DNA of 64,000 nt from Balanoglossus misakiensis (Eukaryota > Animalia > Hemichordata). Location of the stretch: assembly GCA_040954595.2 (NCBI GenBank), contig CM082588.2:8850844-8914843 (forward strand), given 5' to 3'. The translations under genes and the position numbers were made by a program. Below, in pieces: positions 63,972 to 64,000 of this stretch. The notes beneath the pieces were generated by a model. It was not told the DNA's origin and ran no database searches. It was given only the letters and a program-made list of their open reading frames with translations. How positions within the stretch are numbered: position 1 is the first letter of the stretch; every line of letters starts with the position of its first letter.

Positions 63972-64000
63972 AATGCTATTCCTCTGAGTACGCATGCTCA
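63972..64000 (+). CDS. Start of a further coding exon, LDL-receptor class A-like repeat (truncated by window end)
   Basis: Strong acceptor GTTTTCATTTCTCTGCAG|. Phase-1 reading (E)CYSSEYACS matches the CxxxE[FY]xC start of LDLa repeats. Only 10 codons are visible. Confidence 0.55.

Overview
This window is eukaryotic (metazoan-type) DNA, not prokaryotic. About 96% of it (1..~61607) is one head-to-tail, single-orientation array of a ~137-bp (136-138) GC/CpG-rich satellite monomer. By hand count the monomer is about 57% GC with 12 CpGs, and there are roughly 445-450 copies. Linked variant monomers reveal nested higher-order duplications with periods of 957, 1095, 1917, 2191, 2879, 6001 and 6845 bp. 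The array is interrupted once, at ~40145..40582, by a ~440-bp non-satellite element with short terminal inverted repeats (MITE-like), and the sub-arrays on either side carry largely different variant pools. Each monomer has a strong hairpin whose common variants mostly preserve + strand pairing. About 690 bp after the array ends, a spliced + strand gene begins. It encodes a secreted mosaic protein (signal peptide, thyroglobulin type-1 domain, WAP domain), all introns are phase 1, and it has either a short terminal exon or a continuation into an LDLa-like exon at the window edge. The ORF-track entries inside the satellite are translation artefacts. I see no firm evidence of a new protein-coding system. 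The best leads are the structured satellite monomer, the insertion separating the two sub-arrays, and the TY-WAP(-LDLa) gene.
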